Source: an uncultured Clostridia bacterium (GTDB lineage: Bacteria; Bacillota; Clostridia; TANB77; CAG-508). Taken from it: a stretch of 64,000 bases of DNA. A model generated the notes under the pieces. It saw nothing but the letters and a program-made list of their open reading frames with translations. It had not been told where the DNA came from and searched no databases. The position numbers were made by a program, and so were the translations under genes. Below are positions 1 through 10,938 of this stretch, one piece after another (the first letter of the stretch is position 1; every line of letters starts with the position of its first letter). The stretch is taken from the NCBI GenBank assembly GCA_963558405.1, contig CAUWGC010000003.1, positions 32,001 through 96,000 on the forward strand. Direction: 5' to 3'.

Positions 1-115
1 GCAGAAATTAATAAAATATTATATATTAAAATAAATAATTAATTAAAAAGAAAATAATTTAAAATTAATAAAAATTAACACAATAGTAATAATTAATTAA
101 ACAAATAAAGCAAAT

Positions 116-245
116 AAATAAAAATAATAAATAAAATAATAAATAAAATAATAAATAAAAATAATAAATAAAATAATAAATAAAAATAATAAATAAAATA
201 ATAAATAAAAATAACAGATAAAAATAATAGATAAAATTAATAAAT
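116..245. repeat. Tandem repeat of ~12-bp unit AAATAAAATAAT, degenerating towards the right
   Basis: Repeated aaataaaataat units visible at ~116-245. Confidence 0.8.
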
Positions 246-349
246 AAAAAAATAATAATATATAATTAATAGTAAATATAATAATTATAAAAATAGATAA
301 ATTAAAGAATAATAAAAAAGAGCAATAATGAAATATGAATACAAATATA

Positions 350-1690
350 GATGAAAAAATGTGTAAAAATACTAAAATATTATGTAAAGGGTAGATTACC
401 TATATTATAGCTAATATGACAAACAAAATATACAATTAATATGTGTAGAAATGTATAAATATCGACAAGAAGTAAATAAAAAATTTGAATAAAAAAGATA
501 AAAAATGGCGAAAAAAGTAGGATAAAATATTGGGGAATCAAGGCTTATAAGGATTTTATATATCAAGACACATAGGGTTACATAAATATAAAAAACAGAT
601 AATTTGAATGAATAAAATGTGGAATGAAAAGAGGTATAAAATAATAGTGTGAGATAATAAAAATATATTATTTGAAAAGAAGACAAGTTTAATATAGTAT
701 AAAAATGTAATAGGTTACAGTTAATATTAATATAATAATATGTAAAAAATAGAAAAAATATAAATTAAATATAAATTAAATATAAATTAAATTAAGTATA
801 AAATAATGTATTAAACATAAAAAAAAATATGCTAATAAAAAAAGATAGTAAAATATAAAAGAATAAATAATATAATAAAATACAAATAAATATAATTAAT
901 TAAAATAAAATATAGATATAAAATAAAATATAGATATATAAATAAATAAAAAATTCAAATTAAATTTAAAAGATAAATTTAAAAATTAATAAAAACATAT
1001 TGTAATAAATAATTAAATAAATAAAAATATATAAATATAATAAAAAAATAAATTTATGAATTATAATTAATATTAAATAAAAGTAAAAAATAAAATGAAT
1101 TATAATTAATCTAAAAAATACCATAAATTATATATTATAATTTATAGTAAAATATAATTATGTATAAATAATAAACAACAGACATTAAATATTAATACAA
1201 ATATATATGTAAAATGTTAAAAGATTGAAAAAAATGTGTAGAAACATCAAAATATTATGTAAATGACATTAAGTACGTATTATAGCTAATATGACAAATA
1301 AAATATATAAGTAATGTGTATAGAAATGTATAAATATCGACAACAAGTAAATAAAAAATTCGAATAAAAAAGATAGAAAAAGACGAAAAAAGAAGGATAA
1401 AATATTGGGGAATTAACGTTTATAGGAATTTTATATATCAAGGCATAAAAGGTTACATAAACAACAAAGTGTACATAATTGAATGAATCAAACTATGAAA
1501 GGAAAAGATGTAAAAAGTAGTAGTATAAGATAACAAAAATACACAACTTGTAAAATAGACAAGTTATACACGGTATAAAAATACAATATAACGCATCTAA
1601 GATATTAATGTAATGATATGTAAAAAATAGAATATAACTATAAATTAAAGATAAAATAAATTAAGTAAAATAATATATTAAATATAAAAT
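350..1690. repeat. Diverged direct duplication of a ~450-bp non-coding module (copies ~350-800 and ~1225-1690, offset 875 bp)
   Basis: TTATGTAAA at 380/1255, ATTGGGGA at 529/1404 and GGTTACATAAA at 576/1451, all offset by 875 bp; the intervening sequence aligns by eye. Confidence 0.85.
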
Positions 1691-1912
1691 TAAAATATGA
1701 TAAATTAAAATATAATAAAATATAAAAAGATAAATAATAAAATAATGTGGCAATAAATAAAATTATAAAATTAATTAAAATAATAAATTAATAAAAATAA
1801 ATATAATAATAAAATAAATTATAAGTATTATTAAATAAAATAACAAATAAAATTAATAATAATGTGAAGAATAAATTATTGATTTTATTTAAATATTATA
1901 ATAGAAATATAT

Positions 1913-1963
1913 AAAAAATAAAAACACCAAACATAAATATTTATATTTGGTGTTTTTTATTTT
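1913..1963. terminator. Intrinsic terminator hairpin, probably bidirectional
   Basis: AAAAACACCAAA...TTTGGTGTTTTT inverted repeat flanked by A/T tracts, next to the stop codon of the minus-strand CDS. Confidence 0.7.
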
Positions 1964-4900
1964 TTATACTGTTATTTTATTATTATTATTTTCAAATGAA
2001 TTTTCTTTTAAAATAGTTTGTTTTTCAAATTCTTGTTTTTTTAAATTATCTTTTGCAACTGTCATAAGAAGTTTTATTCTATTTGTTTGATTTGTTTCGC
2101 TAGCACCTGGATCATAATCAATCGGAGATATGTTAGCTTCTGGGTACATACTTCTTATTGTTTTTATAACTCCTTTACCTACAACGTGATTTGGTAAACA
2201 AGCAAATGGCTGTACACAAGCTATGTTAGGAATACCATGTTCAATATATTCAATCATTTCTGCGGTTAAAAACCAGCCTTCACCCGTTTGATTTCCTATA
2301 GATAAAACATCTTTTACTTTGCTTTCTAAATGCCAAATATCACAAGGAGGTAAATAGTTCTTTTTTGAATTAGCTAAAGCAATTTTAGTATCTTTTTCTA
2401 ATATATCAATTAATTTAATAGCTAAGCGGAAAATTTTTGATTTTGCTTTATCAGTTTTTATTAAAGTATTAAATGTAATTTTATGTGTTGCCATAAATTT
2501 AACAAATCCCATAAAATCTGGAAGAATAACTTCGGCACCTTCTTCTTCTAATTTATTAGCTATAAAGTTATTTCCAAAAGGATGATATTTAATTAATACT
2601 TCTCCTACAATTCCAATTTTTGGTTTTTGAACAGTTGTATCTAATTCTATTTTTTCAAAATCATCTACAATATCATATATACTTTTTTTAAATTCTTTTA
2701 TAGTAGATTTTTGTATTAAATTTTTACATTTTTCTAACCATTGCTCAAATAATTTTTCAGTTTCACCTTTATTAATTTCATAAGCTCTATTTTTGGTAAG
2801 CATTTTTTGTAATAAATCTGCATATATAACACACTTTAATAATTTTTCCATTAATGGTACGGTTAATTTAAAACCAGGCATTTTTTCCATACCTACAACA
2901 TTAAACGAAATAACGGGTACTTGAGGAAAACCAGCATCTTTTAATGCTTTACGTATAAATCCAATATAATTTGTAGCACGGCAACCTCCACCAGTTTGTG
3001 ACATAATAAGTGCAGTTTTATTAGGGTCATATTTTCCAGATTCTAGTGCTTCAATCATTTGTCCTGTAACTAAAATTGATGGGTAACATGCATCATTATT
3101 AACATATTTTAATCCTGTTTCTACAGTATTTTCAGTACATTCTCTTAAAAGTTCAATATTATATCCGCAAGATTTTACTGCTGTTTCTAGTAATTCAAAA
3201 TGAATAGGAGCCATTTGAGGCATTAATATTGTATATTCTTTTTTCATTTCTTTGGTAAAAACTTTTTTATTTGCCCCGTAATCTCCAAGAGAAGTAAGGT
3301 TCTCTTTTTTCTCTTTTATTCGCTTGTTCATACTAGCAAGTAGAGAGCGTATACGAATACGAACAGCACCAAGATTATTTATTTCATCTATTTTTATTAA
3401 TGTATACATTTTGTTATAGCTTGTTAAAATTTCTTCTACTTGGTCTGTAGTTACAGCATCTACACCACAGCCAAAAGAATTTAATTGAACTAATTCTAAG
3501 TTATCATGTTTTCCTACAAAATCTGCTGCAGCATAAAGTCTGGCATGGAATACCCACTGATCAACTACTCTTATTGGTCTTTTAGCTTCTGCATTTCCAG
3601 CAACACAATCCTCTGTTAAAACACATAAGCCTAAAGAAGTTATAAGAGTATCAATACCATGATTTACTTCTGGATCTAAATGATATGGTCTTCCTGCTAA
3701 AACAATACCCTTTAAATTATTTTTTTCGATATATTCTACCGTTTCCATTCCTTTTTGATGTATTTCTTTTTTACAATTCTGATATTCTTCTTCAGCTTTT
3801 TTTGCAGCTTCAAGTAATTCTTTTTTAGTAAAGTTATATTCTTTAAAATCTTCTAAATCTAATATAGTTTCTGTTAAGTGTTTTGCGTCAAAAGGTAAGA
3901 ATGGATTAATAAATTTAATTTTATTTCCTTTTAATTCTTCAACATTATTTTTTAATACTTCAGAATATGAAATAACAATAGGACAGTTATATTTATTATC
4001 AGCTTTTTCATATTCTTTTCTAGAATATGGCATACATGGATAAAAAATAGTTTTTACTCCTTGTTCAATTAAGCTAATAATGTGCCCATGAGATAATTTA
4101 GCAGGGAAGCAAACAGATTCAGAAGGCATAGATTCTATACCTTTTTCATAAGTTTTTCTTGTACTTTTTTCTGAAAGAATTACACGAAAACCTAAAGATG
4201 TAAAAAATGTAAACCAAAAAGGATAGTCTTCATACATATTAAGAACTCGTGGAATACCAATAGTTCCTCTTTTGGCAACTTCTTCTGTTAAAGGTGTATA
4301 ATTAAAAATTCTTTCATATTTATATTTTACAAGGTTAGGTAGTTCTGAGTTTCCTGTTACAATACCAGCACCTTTTTCACATCTGTTTCCTGATATATGT
4401 TTATTACCATTGTTAAAACTATTAATTGTTAGTAAACAATGATTTTCACATCCATTACAACGAATATGAGAAGTATTAATAGTTAGTTTATCTAAATCAT
4501 CTTGTTTAAAAATGGTAGAAGTATATTCCATATCTTTATTTGCTTCATATTGCTCTTTAGAAAGTAAGGCAACACCGTAAGCTCCCATTAAACCTGCTAT
4601 ATCTGGACGTATTACATTTTTTCCAACTATCAATTCAAATGCACGAAGGACAGCATCATTATAGAATGTACCACCTTGAACAACAATGTGATCTCCTAAA
4701 GTTTTAACATCTCTTACTTTCATTACTTTTTGAATTGCATTTTTTATAACAGAATAAGATAAACCTGCAGATATATCACCAACAGAGTATCCTTCTTTTT
4801 GAGCTTGTTTAATTCTAGAATTCATAAAAACTGTACAACGAGAACCTAAATCAACAGGTCTTCTTGCATCTAAAGCTTCTTTTACAAATTCTTCTATAGA

Positions 4901-6289
4901 TAGACCTAAACTTTTAGCAAATGTTTCTATAAAAGAACCACAACCAGAAGAGCATGCTTCATTTAACATTATATTGTCAATACTACCATTTTTTATTTTT
5001 ATATATTTCATATCTTGACCGCCAATATCAACAATACTGGTACATTCAGGTAAAAATTCTTTGGCAGCAGTATAATGAGCTATTGTTTCAATTTCATTTA
5101 AGTCTACATTTAAAGCTGTTTGTATTAATTTTTCACCATAACCTGTAACACCACTATATCTAATAATAGCTTCTTTTGGTAATTCTGAATATAGTTTTTT
5201 TAATGCTTTTACAACACTATTTAAAGGACTACCTTCATTACTTCCATAAAGTGAATATAATAATGCTCCTTCTTTATCTATAACAACTAATTTTGTAGTT
5301 GTAGAACCTGCGTCTATTCCGATAAAACAATCACCTTTATAATCTTTTAAATTACCTTTTTTTACAGTATCTTTTAAATGTCTTTTTTTAAAAGCGTCAT
5401 ATTCTTCTGGAATATGAAATAAAGGTTTTAAAGGATTAGTTGTAGTATCTTGTGAAACACGTAATACACCAATTTTAGCTTCTAATTTTGCATTAGACAC
5501 TAAAGTTGATGAAACTGAATCTAGTGCTGCTCCTTTTGCTACTAATAAATGAGCTTCCTCTGGAATAATTATTTGTTCATCAGTTAATTTTAGTGTTTCA
5601 ACAAAACGATTTCTAAGTTCTGATAAATAATTTAGAGGACCACCTAAAAAAGCTACATTTCCACGAATAGGTCTTCCACAAGCAAGACCGCTAATAGTTT
5701 GATTTACTACAGCTTGAAAAATAGAAATAGCAATATCTTCTTTTGCTGCACCTTCATTTAATAGTGGTTGTATATCTGTTTTAGCAAAAACTCCACAACG
5801 AGAAGCAATAGGATAAATGGTTTTATAATTTTTAGCTAGTTCATTTAAACCTTCAGTATCTGTATGTAATAAAGAAGCCATTTGATCAATAAATGCACCA
5901 GTACCTCCCGCACAAGTACCATTCATACGTTGTTCTATAGATTTATCAAAATAAATTATTTTTGCATCTTCTCCACCTAATTCAATAACAACATCAGTTT
6001 GTGGGATATATTTTTCTACTGCTCTTTTACAAGAGACAACCTCTTGAATAAATGGAAGTCCTAAAAAATTAGCAGCAGACATAGCACCAGAACCTGTAAG
6101 TGCTATAGTAAAATTAGTATTTGGGTAATTAGTATTTAATTCTTCTAATACATTGCAAACAGTATTCTTAGTATCAGAAAAATGTCTTCTATAGTCCCTG
6201 TATATGGTTTCTAGAGAGTCATTCATTACTACAATTTTGACTGTAGTAGAACCAACATCTAGTCCAACATGTAATATATTATTATTCAT
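1964..6289 (-). CDS. 2-hydroxyacyl-CoA dehydratase activator-like fusion protein (two BadF/BadG/BcrA/BcrD ATPase domains plus DUF2229-type C-terminal region)
   Basis: 1441 aa; GLDVGSTTVK and GIDAGSTTTK ATPase motifs, MNGTCAGGTG and MLNEACSSGCGS, SFGCGVDA; GGAG RBS. Confidence 0.85.
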   Translation of the reverse strand: MNNNILHVGLDVGSTTVKIVVMNDSLETIYRDYRRHFSDTKNTVCNVLEELNTNYPNTNFTIALTGSGAMSAANFLGLPFIQEVVSCKRAVEKYIPQTDVVIELGGEDAKIIYFDKSIEQRMNGTCAGGTGAFIDQMASLLHTDTEGLNELAKNYKTIYPIASRCGVFAKTDIQPLLNEGAAKEDIAISIFQAVVNQTISGLACGRPIRGNVAFLGGPLNYLSELRNRFVETLKLTDEQIIIPEEAHLLVAKGAALDSVSSTLVSNAKLEAKIGVLRVSQDTTTNPLKPLFHIPEEYDAFKKRHLKDTVKKGNLKDYKGDCFIGIDAGSTTTKLVVIDKEGALLYSLYGSNEGSPLNSVVKALKKLYSELPKEAIIRYSGVTGYGEKLIQTALNVDLNEIETIAHYTAAKEFLPECTSIVDIGGQDMKYIKIKNGSIDNIMLNEACSSGCGSFIETFAKSLGLSIEEFVKEALDARRPVDLGSRCTVFMNSRIKQAQKEGYSVGDISAGLSYSVIKNAIQKVMKVRDVKTLGDHIVVQGGTFYNDAVLRAFELIVGKNVIRPDIAGLMGAYGVALLSKEQYEANKDMEYTSTIFKQDDLDKLTINTSHIRCNGCENHCLLTINSFNNGNKHISGNRCEKGAGIVTGNSELPNLVKYKYERIFNYTPLTEEVAKRGTIGIPRVLNMYEDYPFWFTFFTSLGFRVILSEKSTRKTYEKGIESMPSESVCFPAKLSHGHIISLIEQGVKTIFYPCMPYSRKEYEKADNKYNCPIVISYSEVLKNNVEELKGNKIKFINPFLPFDAKHLTETILDLEDFKEYNFTKKELLEAAKKAEEEYQNCKKEIHQKGMETVEYIEKNNLKGIVLAGRPYHLDPEVNHGIDTLITSLGLCVLTEDCVAGNAEAKRPIRVVDQWVFHARLYAAADFVGKHDNLELVQLNSFGCGVDAVTTDQVEEILTSYNKMYTLIKIDEINNLGAVRIRIRSLLASMNKRIKEKKENLTSLGDYGANKKVFTKEMKKEYTILMPQMAPIHFELLETAVKSCGYNIELLRECTENTVETGLKYVNNDACYPSILVTGQMIEALESGKYDPNKTALIMSQTGGGCRATNYIGFIRKALKDAGFPQVPVISFNVVGMEKMPGFKLTVPLMEKLLKCVIYADLLQKMLTKNRAYEINKGETEKLFEQWLEKCKNLIQKSTIKEFKKSIYDIVDDFEKIELDTTVQKPKIGIVGEVLIKYHPFGNNFIANKLEEEGAEVILPDFMGFVKFMATHKITFNTLIKTDKAKSKIFRLAIKLIDILEKDTKIALANSKKNYLPPCDIWHLESKVKDVLSIGNQTGEGWFLTAEMIEYIEHGIPNIACVQPFACLPNHVVGKGVIKTIRSMYPEANISPIDYDPGASETNQTNRIKLLMTVAKDNLKKQEFEKQTILKENSFENNNNKITV

Positions 6290-6497
6290 AAAATTCTCCT
6301 CCCAATAGAAGTAAAATGTATACTTCTAACAGTATAATTGTATATGCAAATACCCTATTTGTCAATGTTTAAAAATACCATTGTTTGGATAAAAAAGTAC
6401 ATTTTTTGTAAAAAAATACGATTTTAGTAAAGGTAATAAGATAAAAGGAACTATTGCAACTTTTATCATTATATAGTATTATAAATACGGTGATAAA

Positions 6498-7067
6498 ATG
6501 AGATTAACAAAAGCAAATAAAAAGAAATTAATAACATCAATTGTAACAATAGGCATATTATTAGTAGCAGTTGTATCAGGGACAATAAATAAAGAAGAGT
6601 TATTAGAAATATTAGGGATAGAGCAAGCAAGTACTAATATAATTAATGAAAATACTACAATAAATGAGACTAATTGTGTAGTTGAAAGAGTTGTAGATGG
6701 AGATACTTTTGAAATTATGCTTAATGGAAATAAGGAAAAAGTAAGGTTAATAGGTGTTGATACTCCAGAAAGTGTACATCCAGATAAGAATAAAAATAGT
6801 GAAGAAGGAAAAACAGCATCTAAATATACTAAAGAATTAATAGAAAATAAAAATGTTAAATTAGAATTTGATGTACAGCAAAGAGATAAGTATGGTAGAT
6901 TGCTTGCATATGTTTATCTTGAAGATGGAACAATGTTAAATAAAAAGTTATTAGAAGATGGGTATGCAAAAATAGCTACTTATCCTCCAAATGTAAAATA
7001 TGTAGAAGAGTTTAAACAAATAGAAAGTAAAGCAAGAGAACAAGAAAAAGGTCTATGGCAAAAATAG
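6498..7067 (+). CDS. Thermonuclease (staphylococcal nuclease-like) with N-terminal membrane anchor
   Basis: VVDGDT, VRLIGVDTPE, DKYGRLLAYVY and ARxxxKGLW motifs. Confidence 0.9.
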   Translation: MRLTKANKKKLITSIVTIGILLVAVVSGTINKEELLEILGIEQASTNIINENTTINETNCVVERVVDGDTFEIMLNGNKEKVRLIGVDTPESVHPDKNKNSEEGKTASKYTKELIENKNVKLEFDVQQRDKYGRLLAYVYLEDGTMLNKKLLEDGYAKIATYPPNVKYVEEFKQIESKAREQEKGLWQK

Positions 7068-7074
7068 ACCTTTT

Positions 7075-7737
7075 TTAAATATATAAAACATAATGAATTA
7101 TAAACCAATATTGGCATAAGCTACCAAGCATAATGAATATATGAAATATTTCATGAAATCCAAAATAAGGATTTTTTAATTTGGGCCACTTTAAACCATA
7201 TAAAATTGCACCAATTGTATAAAAAATACCACCTGCTAATAACCACCATAAAGAACCTAAAGCATTTAATTTATAAAATATAGTAATCATAGGATAAATA
7301 GCAATAATTACAGTCCAACCCATTGCTAAATAGATTCCTGTTGTAAGCCATCTTGGAGCTTCTAACCAAAAAATTGTAAGAAAAAGTCCAAATATAGCAA
7401 GTCCCCAAACTACACCAAAAATACTCCATCCCCATCCACCTCTTAGAGGTCCTAAGCAAACAGGAGTATAAGTTGCTGCAATTAGAATATAAATCATTAT
7501 ATGGTCTAATTTTCTAAGAACTGTTGTTGCTTTTTTACCTACATTGCAAAGATGGTAAATACTACTTGCTGTGTATAAAAGAATAAGACCTACACCAAAA
7601 ATTGTAAATGAAACAATATCCCAAGCTCCTTCTCCATACATTGCAGAATAAATAATAAGAAAAACAAGTCCTACTATGGAAGCTATTGCTCCTATTAAAT
7701 GAGAAAAACCACTAACTGGATCTTTTATTTTTTTCAT
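7075..7737 (-). CDS. Hemolysin III / PAQR family membrane protein
   Basis: SSIYH, LDHIMIYILIAATYTP and HEIFHIF motifs; about 7 TM segments. Confidence 0.9.
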   Translation of the reverse strand: MKKIKDPVSGFSHLIGAIASIVGLVFLIIYSAMYGEGAWDIVSFTIFGVGLILLYTASSIYHLCNVGKKATTVLRKLDHIMIYILIAATYTPVCLGPLRGGWGWSIFGVVWGLAIFGLFLTIFWLEAPRWLTTGIYLAMGWTVIIAIYPMITIFYKLNALGSLWWLLAGGIFYTIGAILYGLKWPKLKNPYFGFHEIFHIFIMLGSLCQYWFIIHYVLYI

Positions 7738-7905
7738 AAATCTCCTTCCATTTTATAAAAATATATTTTACAGTCTATACTTTAAAAAAATATTTGTCAA
7801 TTGTTTTTACAAAATTTTCCTTTTAAATATATAAATAAAATAATTATGTTCTAAAAAGGACTAGTTATACATAGGATAAACTATAAAGAAAAGGGAGGAA
7901 AGAAT

Positions 7906-8469
7906 ATGAAAAATAAAAAATTAAAAGTAATGTTGATGTTATTATTAATTATAATTGCTGTAGGAATTGCTGTTTATTTTATTTGGGAAAGTAGAACTTC
8001 AAAAGAAGTAATAACAGAATATACACCACAAGAAGAAATAACCCAAGAGGATATGAGACAAACTTTTGTATCATTATATTTTAAAGATAAACAGACAGGA
8101 CAGTTAAAAACAGAATCTAGAGTTATAGATGCAAAAAAACTATTAAAAGAACCTTATAAAGAATTAGTAACAATGTTAATAGAAGGACCAAAAGATGAAG
8201 CATTAGAAGCAGTTATTCCTAAAAATACAAAAATTAATAGTGTAGAATTAAAAAATGGAGTAGTAGAGCTAGACTTATCAAAAGATTTTATTAAAGATGT
8301 TAAAGGAAAAGAAAATGAAGAAATTATAATATATTCAATTGTTAATACTTTAACCGAATTAACAGAGGTAAATGCAGTAAAAATAAAAATAGAAGGAAAA
8401 GAAGGAGAAGAGTTTGAAGATAAAGAAGTAAACTTTGAAAAAAATTTTGTAAGAAATGTTAAAGATTAA
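7906..8469 (+). CDS. GerMN domain-containing protein
   Basis: N-terminal TM; LYF...LIEGP...IP...LDLS...IYSIVNTLTEL...V.I.IEG pattern; GGGAGG RBS. Confidence 0.8.
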   Translation: MKNKKLKVMLMLLLIIIAVGIAVYFIWESRTSKEVITEYTPQEEITQEDMRQTFVSLYFKDKQTGQLKTESRVIDAKKLLKEPYKELVTMLIEGPKDEALEAVIPKNTKINSVELKNGVVELDLSKDFIKDVKGKENEEIIIYSIVNTLTELTEVNAVKIKIEGKEGEEFEDKEVNFEKNFVRNVKD

Positions 8470-8495
8470 TAGGTTAAAAATTGAGATGATTTGCA

Positions 8496-8717
8496 TCATC
8501 TCAATTTTTTGTATAAACGAATACATTCTATCATTTTTCCAGTTGTATATAAAAAATGTTCTACTTCTTGTAAAGAACATAAAGTATTATTTTTAAAATC
8601 ACAAAAGTTTACTTTGTTTTTACAATTAGAAGGAACACATGTATTGTTATAATTATTTATACATTTATTTTGACAACCATATGATGGAGTTATTCTGCTT
8701 TGAAAAATTCTTGGCAT
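8496..8717 (-). CDS. Small Cys/Asn-rich hypothetical protein (73 aa)
   Basis: AGGTG RBS before the ATG; ends inside a shared terminator hairpin (~8477-8510). Confidence 0.5.
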   Translation of the reverse strand: MPRIFQSRITPSYGCQNKCINNYNNTCVPSNCKNKVNFCDFKNNTLCSLQEVEHFLYTTGKMIECIRLYKKLR

Positions 8718-8786
8718 AAAATCACCTATTCCATTTTTTGTTTTTTTACTATATAATATGTAAAAAAAGGAAAAGTGAGATAGAAA

Positions 8787-9512
8787 ATGGAAAGAATAGA
8801 TGACTTACAATGTAAAGGATATAAAATAATACAAGATACAGAAGGTTTTTGTTTTGGAATGGATAGTGTTTTACTTTCTGACTTTGCTAAAGAAATAAAA
8901 AAGAAAAGTAAAGTTATAGATCTTGGAACAGGTAATGGAATATTAGGAATACTTTTATGTGCCAAAACAGAATTAGAAAAAATAATAGGAATAGAAATTC
9001 AAAAAGAATCATTTGAACTTGCAAATAAAAATATTATTTATAATAATTTAGAAAAAAGATTTGAAGTAATCAATGTAGATGTAAAAGAAATTAGCAAAGT
9101 ATTAGAAAGAGGAATATTTGATGTTGTAGTATCAAATCCACCATACAAAAAGGAAAATAGCGGATTAAAAAATGAAGAAAAAAGAAAAACAATTGCAAGA
9201 CATGAAATAATGGGCTCTTTAGACGATTTTTTAAAAGCTACATCATATTTACTAAAAGATAAAGGGGTATTATATTTAGTACATAGACCAAATCGTTTAG
9301 TAGATATATGTTCTACTTTAAGAAAAAATCACTTAGAACCTAAAAGGATGAAATTTGTATATCCTAAAATAGATAAAGAACCAAATTTAATTTTAATAAA
9401 AGCAGTAAAGAATGCTAAACCAGAATTAAGAATAGAAAAGCCATTAATTGTTTATAAAGAAAATGGAGAATATACTGACGAAATAATGAAAATATATAAT
9501 AAAGGAGACTGA
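8787..9512 (+). CDS. tRNA1(Val) A37 N6-methyltransferase-like protein (YabB family)
   Basis: FCFGMDSVLLSDF, DLGTGNG, SNPPY and ARHE motifs; lies upstream of rsmI as in Firmicutes. Confidence 0.85.
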   Translation: MERIDDLQCKGYKIIQDTEGFCFGMDSVLLSDFAKEIKKKSKVIDLGTGNGILGILLCAKTELEKIIGIEIQKESFELANKNIIYNNLEKRFEVINVDVKEISKVLERGIFDVVVSNPPYKKENSGLKNEEKRKTIARHEIMGSLDDFLKATSYLLKDKGVLYLVHRPNRLVDICSTLRKNHLEPKRMKFVYPKIDKEPNLILIKAVKNAKPELRIEKPLIVYKENGEYTDEIMKIYNKGD

Positions 9513-9518
9513 TAAAAA

Positions 9519-10334
9519 ATGAGTGGAAAATTGTATTTAGTAGCAACTCCAATAGGAAATTTAGAAGATATCACATTAAGAGCAATTAGAATTTTACAAG
9601 AAGTAGATATTATTGCGGCAGAAGATACAAGACATACATTAAAATTATTAAATCATTTAAATATTAGTAAAACATTAATTAGTTATCATCGACACAATGA
9701 AGATATTAAAACAGAATTATTAATTCAAAAACTAAATGAAGGAAATAATATTGCAGTAGTATCAGATGCTGGAACACCAATAATATCAGATCCTGGAGGA
9801 GAAATTGTAAAAGAATGTATAGAAAATCAAATTGAAGTTATTCCTATTCCAGGACCATGTGCATTTATTACTGGGGTAATTGCATCAGGATTAAATAGTA
9901 AAGAATTTACTTTTATAGGATTTTTACCATTAAATAAAAAAACAAGAAAAGAAAAATTAAAAGAAATTAAAGATAGTAGTTATACAGTTATTTTATATGA
10001 AGCACCACATAAATTACAAACAACATTAAAAGATTTAGAAGATATTTTGGAAAATAGAAAAATTGTAGTTGCAAAAGAATTAACTAAAATACATGAAACA
10101 TATTATAGAGGAACAGTAAAGCAAGTAATAGAAATGATTAAAGAACCTAAAGGCGAATATGTTATTATGATTGATGCAAAAGAAAAAAATATAAAAGAAG
10201 ATATAACACTATTATCAGTAGAAGAACAATATAAAATTTATGAAAGTCAAGGTATGGATAAAAAAGAAATTATTAAACAGATTGCAAAAAATAAGCAAGT
10301 ACCAAAAAATGAGATTTATCAAAAATTTATATAA
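9519..10334 (+). CDS. rsmI: 16S rRNA (cytidine1402-2'-O)-methyltransferase
   Basis: LYLVATPIGNLEDIT, AEDTR, VSDAGTPIISDPG and ELTKIHE motifs. Confidence 0.95.
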   Translation: MSGKLYLVATPIGNLEDITLRAIRILQEVDIIAAEDTRHTLKLLNHLNISKTLISYHRHNEDIKTELLIQKLNEGNNIAVVSDAGTPIISDPGGEIVKECIENQIEVIPIPGPCAFITGVIASGLNSKEFTFIGFLPLNKKTRKEKLKEIKDSSYTVILYEAPHKLQTTLKDLEDILENRKIVVAKELTKIHETYYRGTVKQVIEMIKEPKGEYVIMIDAKEKNIKEDITLLSVEEQYKIYESQGMDKKEIIKQIAKNKQVPKNEIYQKFI

Positions 10335-10382
10335 TAACATAAAGCTATACATTTTTTTAATGTATAGCTTTATGTTATTATT

Positions 10383-10634
10383 TTATTCTTCACTTAAAGA
10401 AGAAATGATTTTAGAACATTTTGTGCAAACCAACTTATCTTTATATTGAATTAGATTTTTTGAGTTACCACAAAAAATGCAATTTGGTTCATATTTTTTC
10501 AAAATTATAGAAGAGCCATCTACATAAATTTCTATAGGATCTTTTTCAGAAATATTAAATTTATTTCTAAGTTCAATTGGAATTACTATACGACCTAATT
10601 CATCTACTCTTCTAACAATTCCTGTTGATTTCAT
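10383..10634 (-). CDS. abrB: AbrB family transition-state regulator
   Basis: MKSTGIVRRVDELGRIVIPIELR; CIFC...CTKC C-terminus. Confidence 0.95.
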   Translation of the reverse strand: MKSTGIVRRVDELGRIVIPIELRNKFNISEKDPIEIYVDGSSIILKKYEPNCIFCGNSKNLIQYKDKLVCTKCSKIISSLSEE

Positions 10635-10667
10635 AAAAAAACCTCCTCGTTAAGTCAAACAACATAA

Positions 10668-10863
10668 TTCGACAAAATCTACAATTAAATAATAACACAG
10701 ATTTTATTGAGAGGTCAACAAAAAAGAGTAAAAAACTTTTTTCCTATTTTTTCCTAACAGTAAAATAAAATTAAAAAAGCATTGATACTATAGAGGTTTG
10801 AGAGTATCTTTTTTTAAGAATTAAATTTTTAGAAAATCTAAAAGAATTAGACAAAATTCGACA
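10668..10863. promoter_or_regulatory. Spo0A boxes in the abrB/spmA intergenic region
   Basis: TTCGACA (reverse complement of TGTCGAA) at 10668-10674 and 10857-10863, each beside an imperfect copy; Spo0A repression of abrB is established in Bacillus. Confidence 0.7.
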
Positions 10864-10938
10864 AATATAAAAAAAGTAATATAAAAATATAAAAAAGAAT
10901 ATTATTAAAAAGAAATAAAATAAAAGGAAAAAAAGAAT

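Noticed and set aside
116-245. Possible CRISPR array or iterons
   Set aside because: Contiguous A/T-only tandem units with no unique spacers; no cas or rep gene nearby.
411-686. 91-aa minus-strand ORF in the repeated module
   Set aside because: Low-complexity F/Y/L/I composition expected from the reverse of A-rich DNA; no RBS, and the ORF track shows no equivalent ORF in the second copy.
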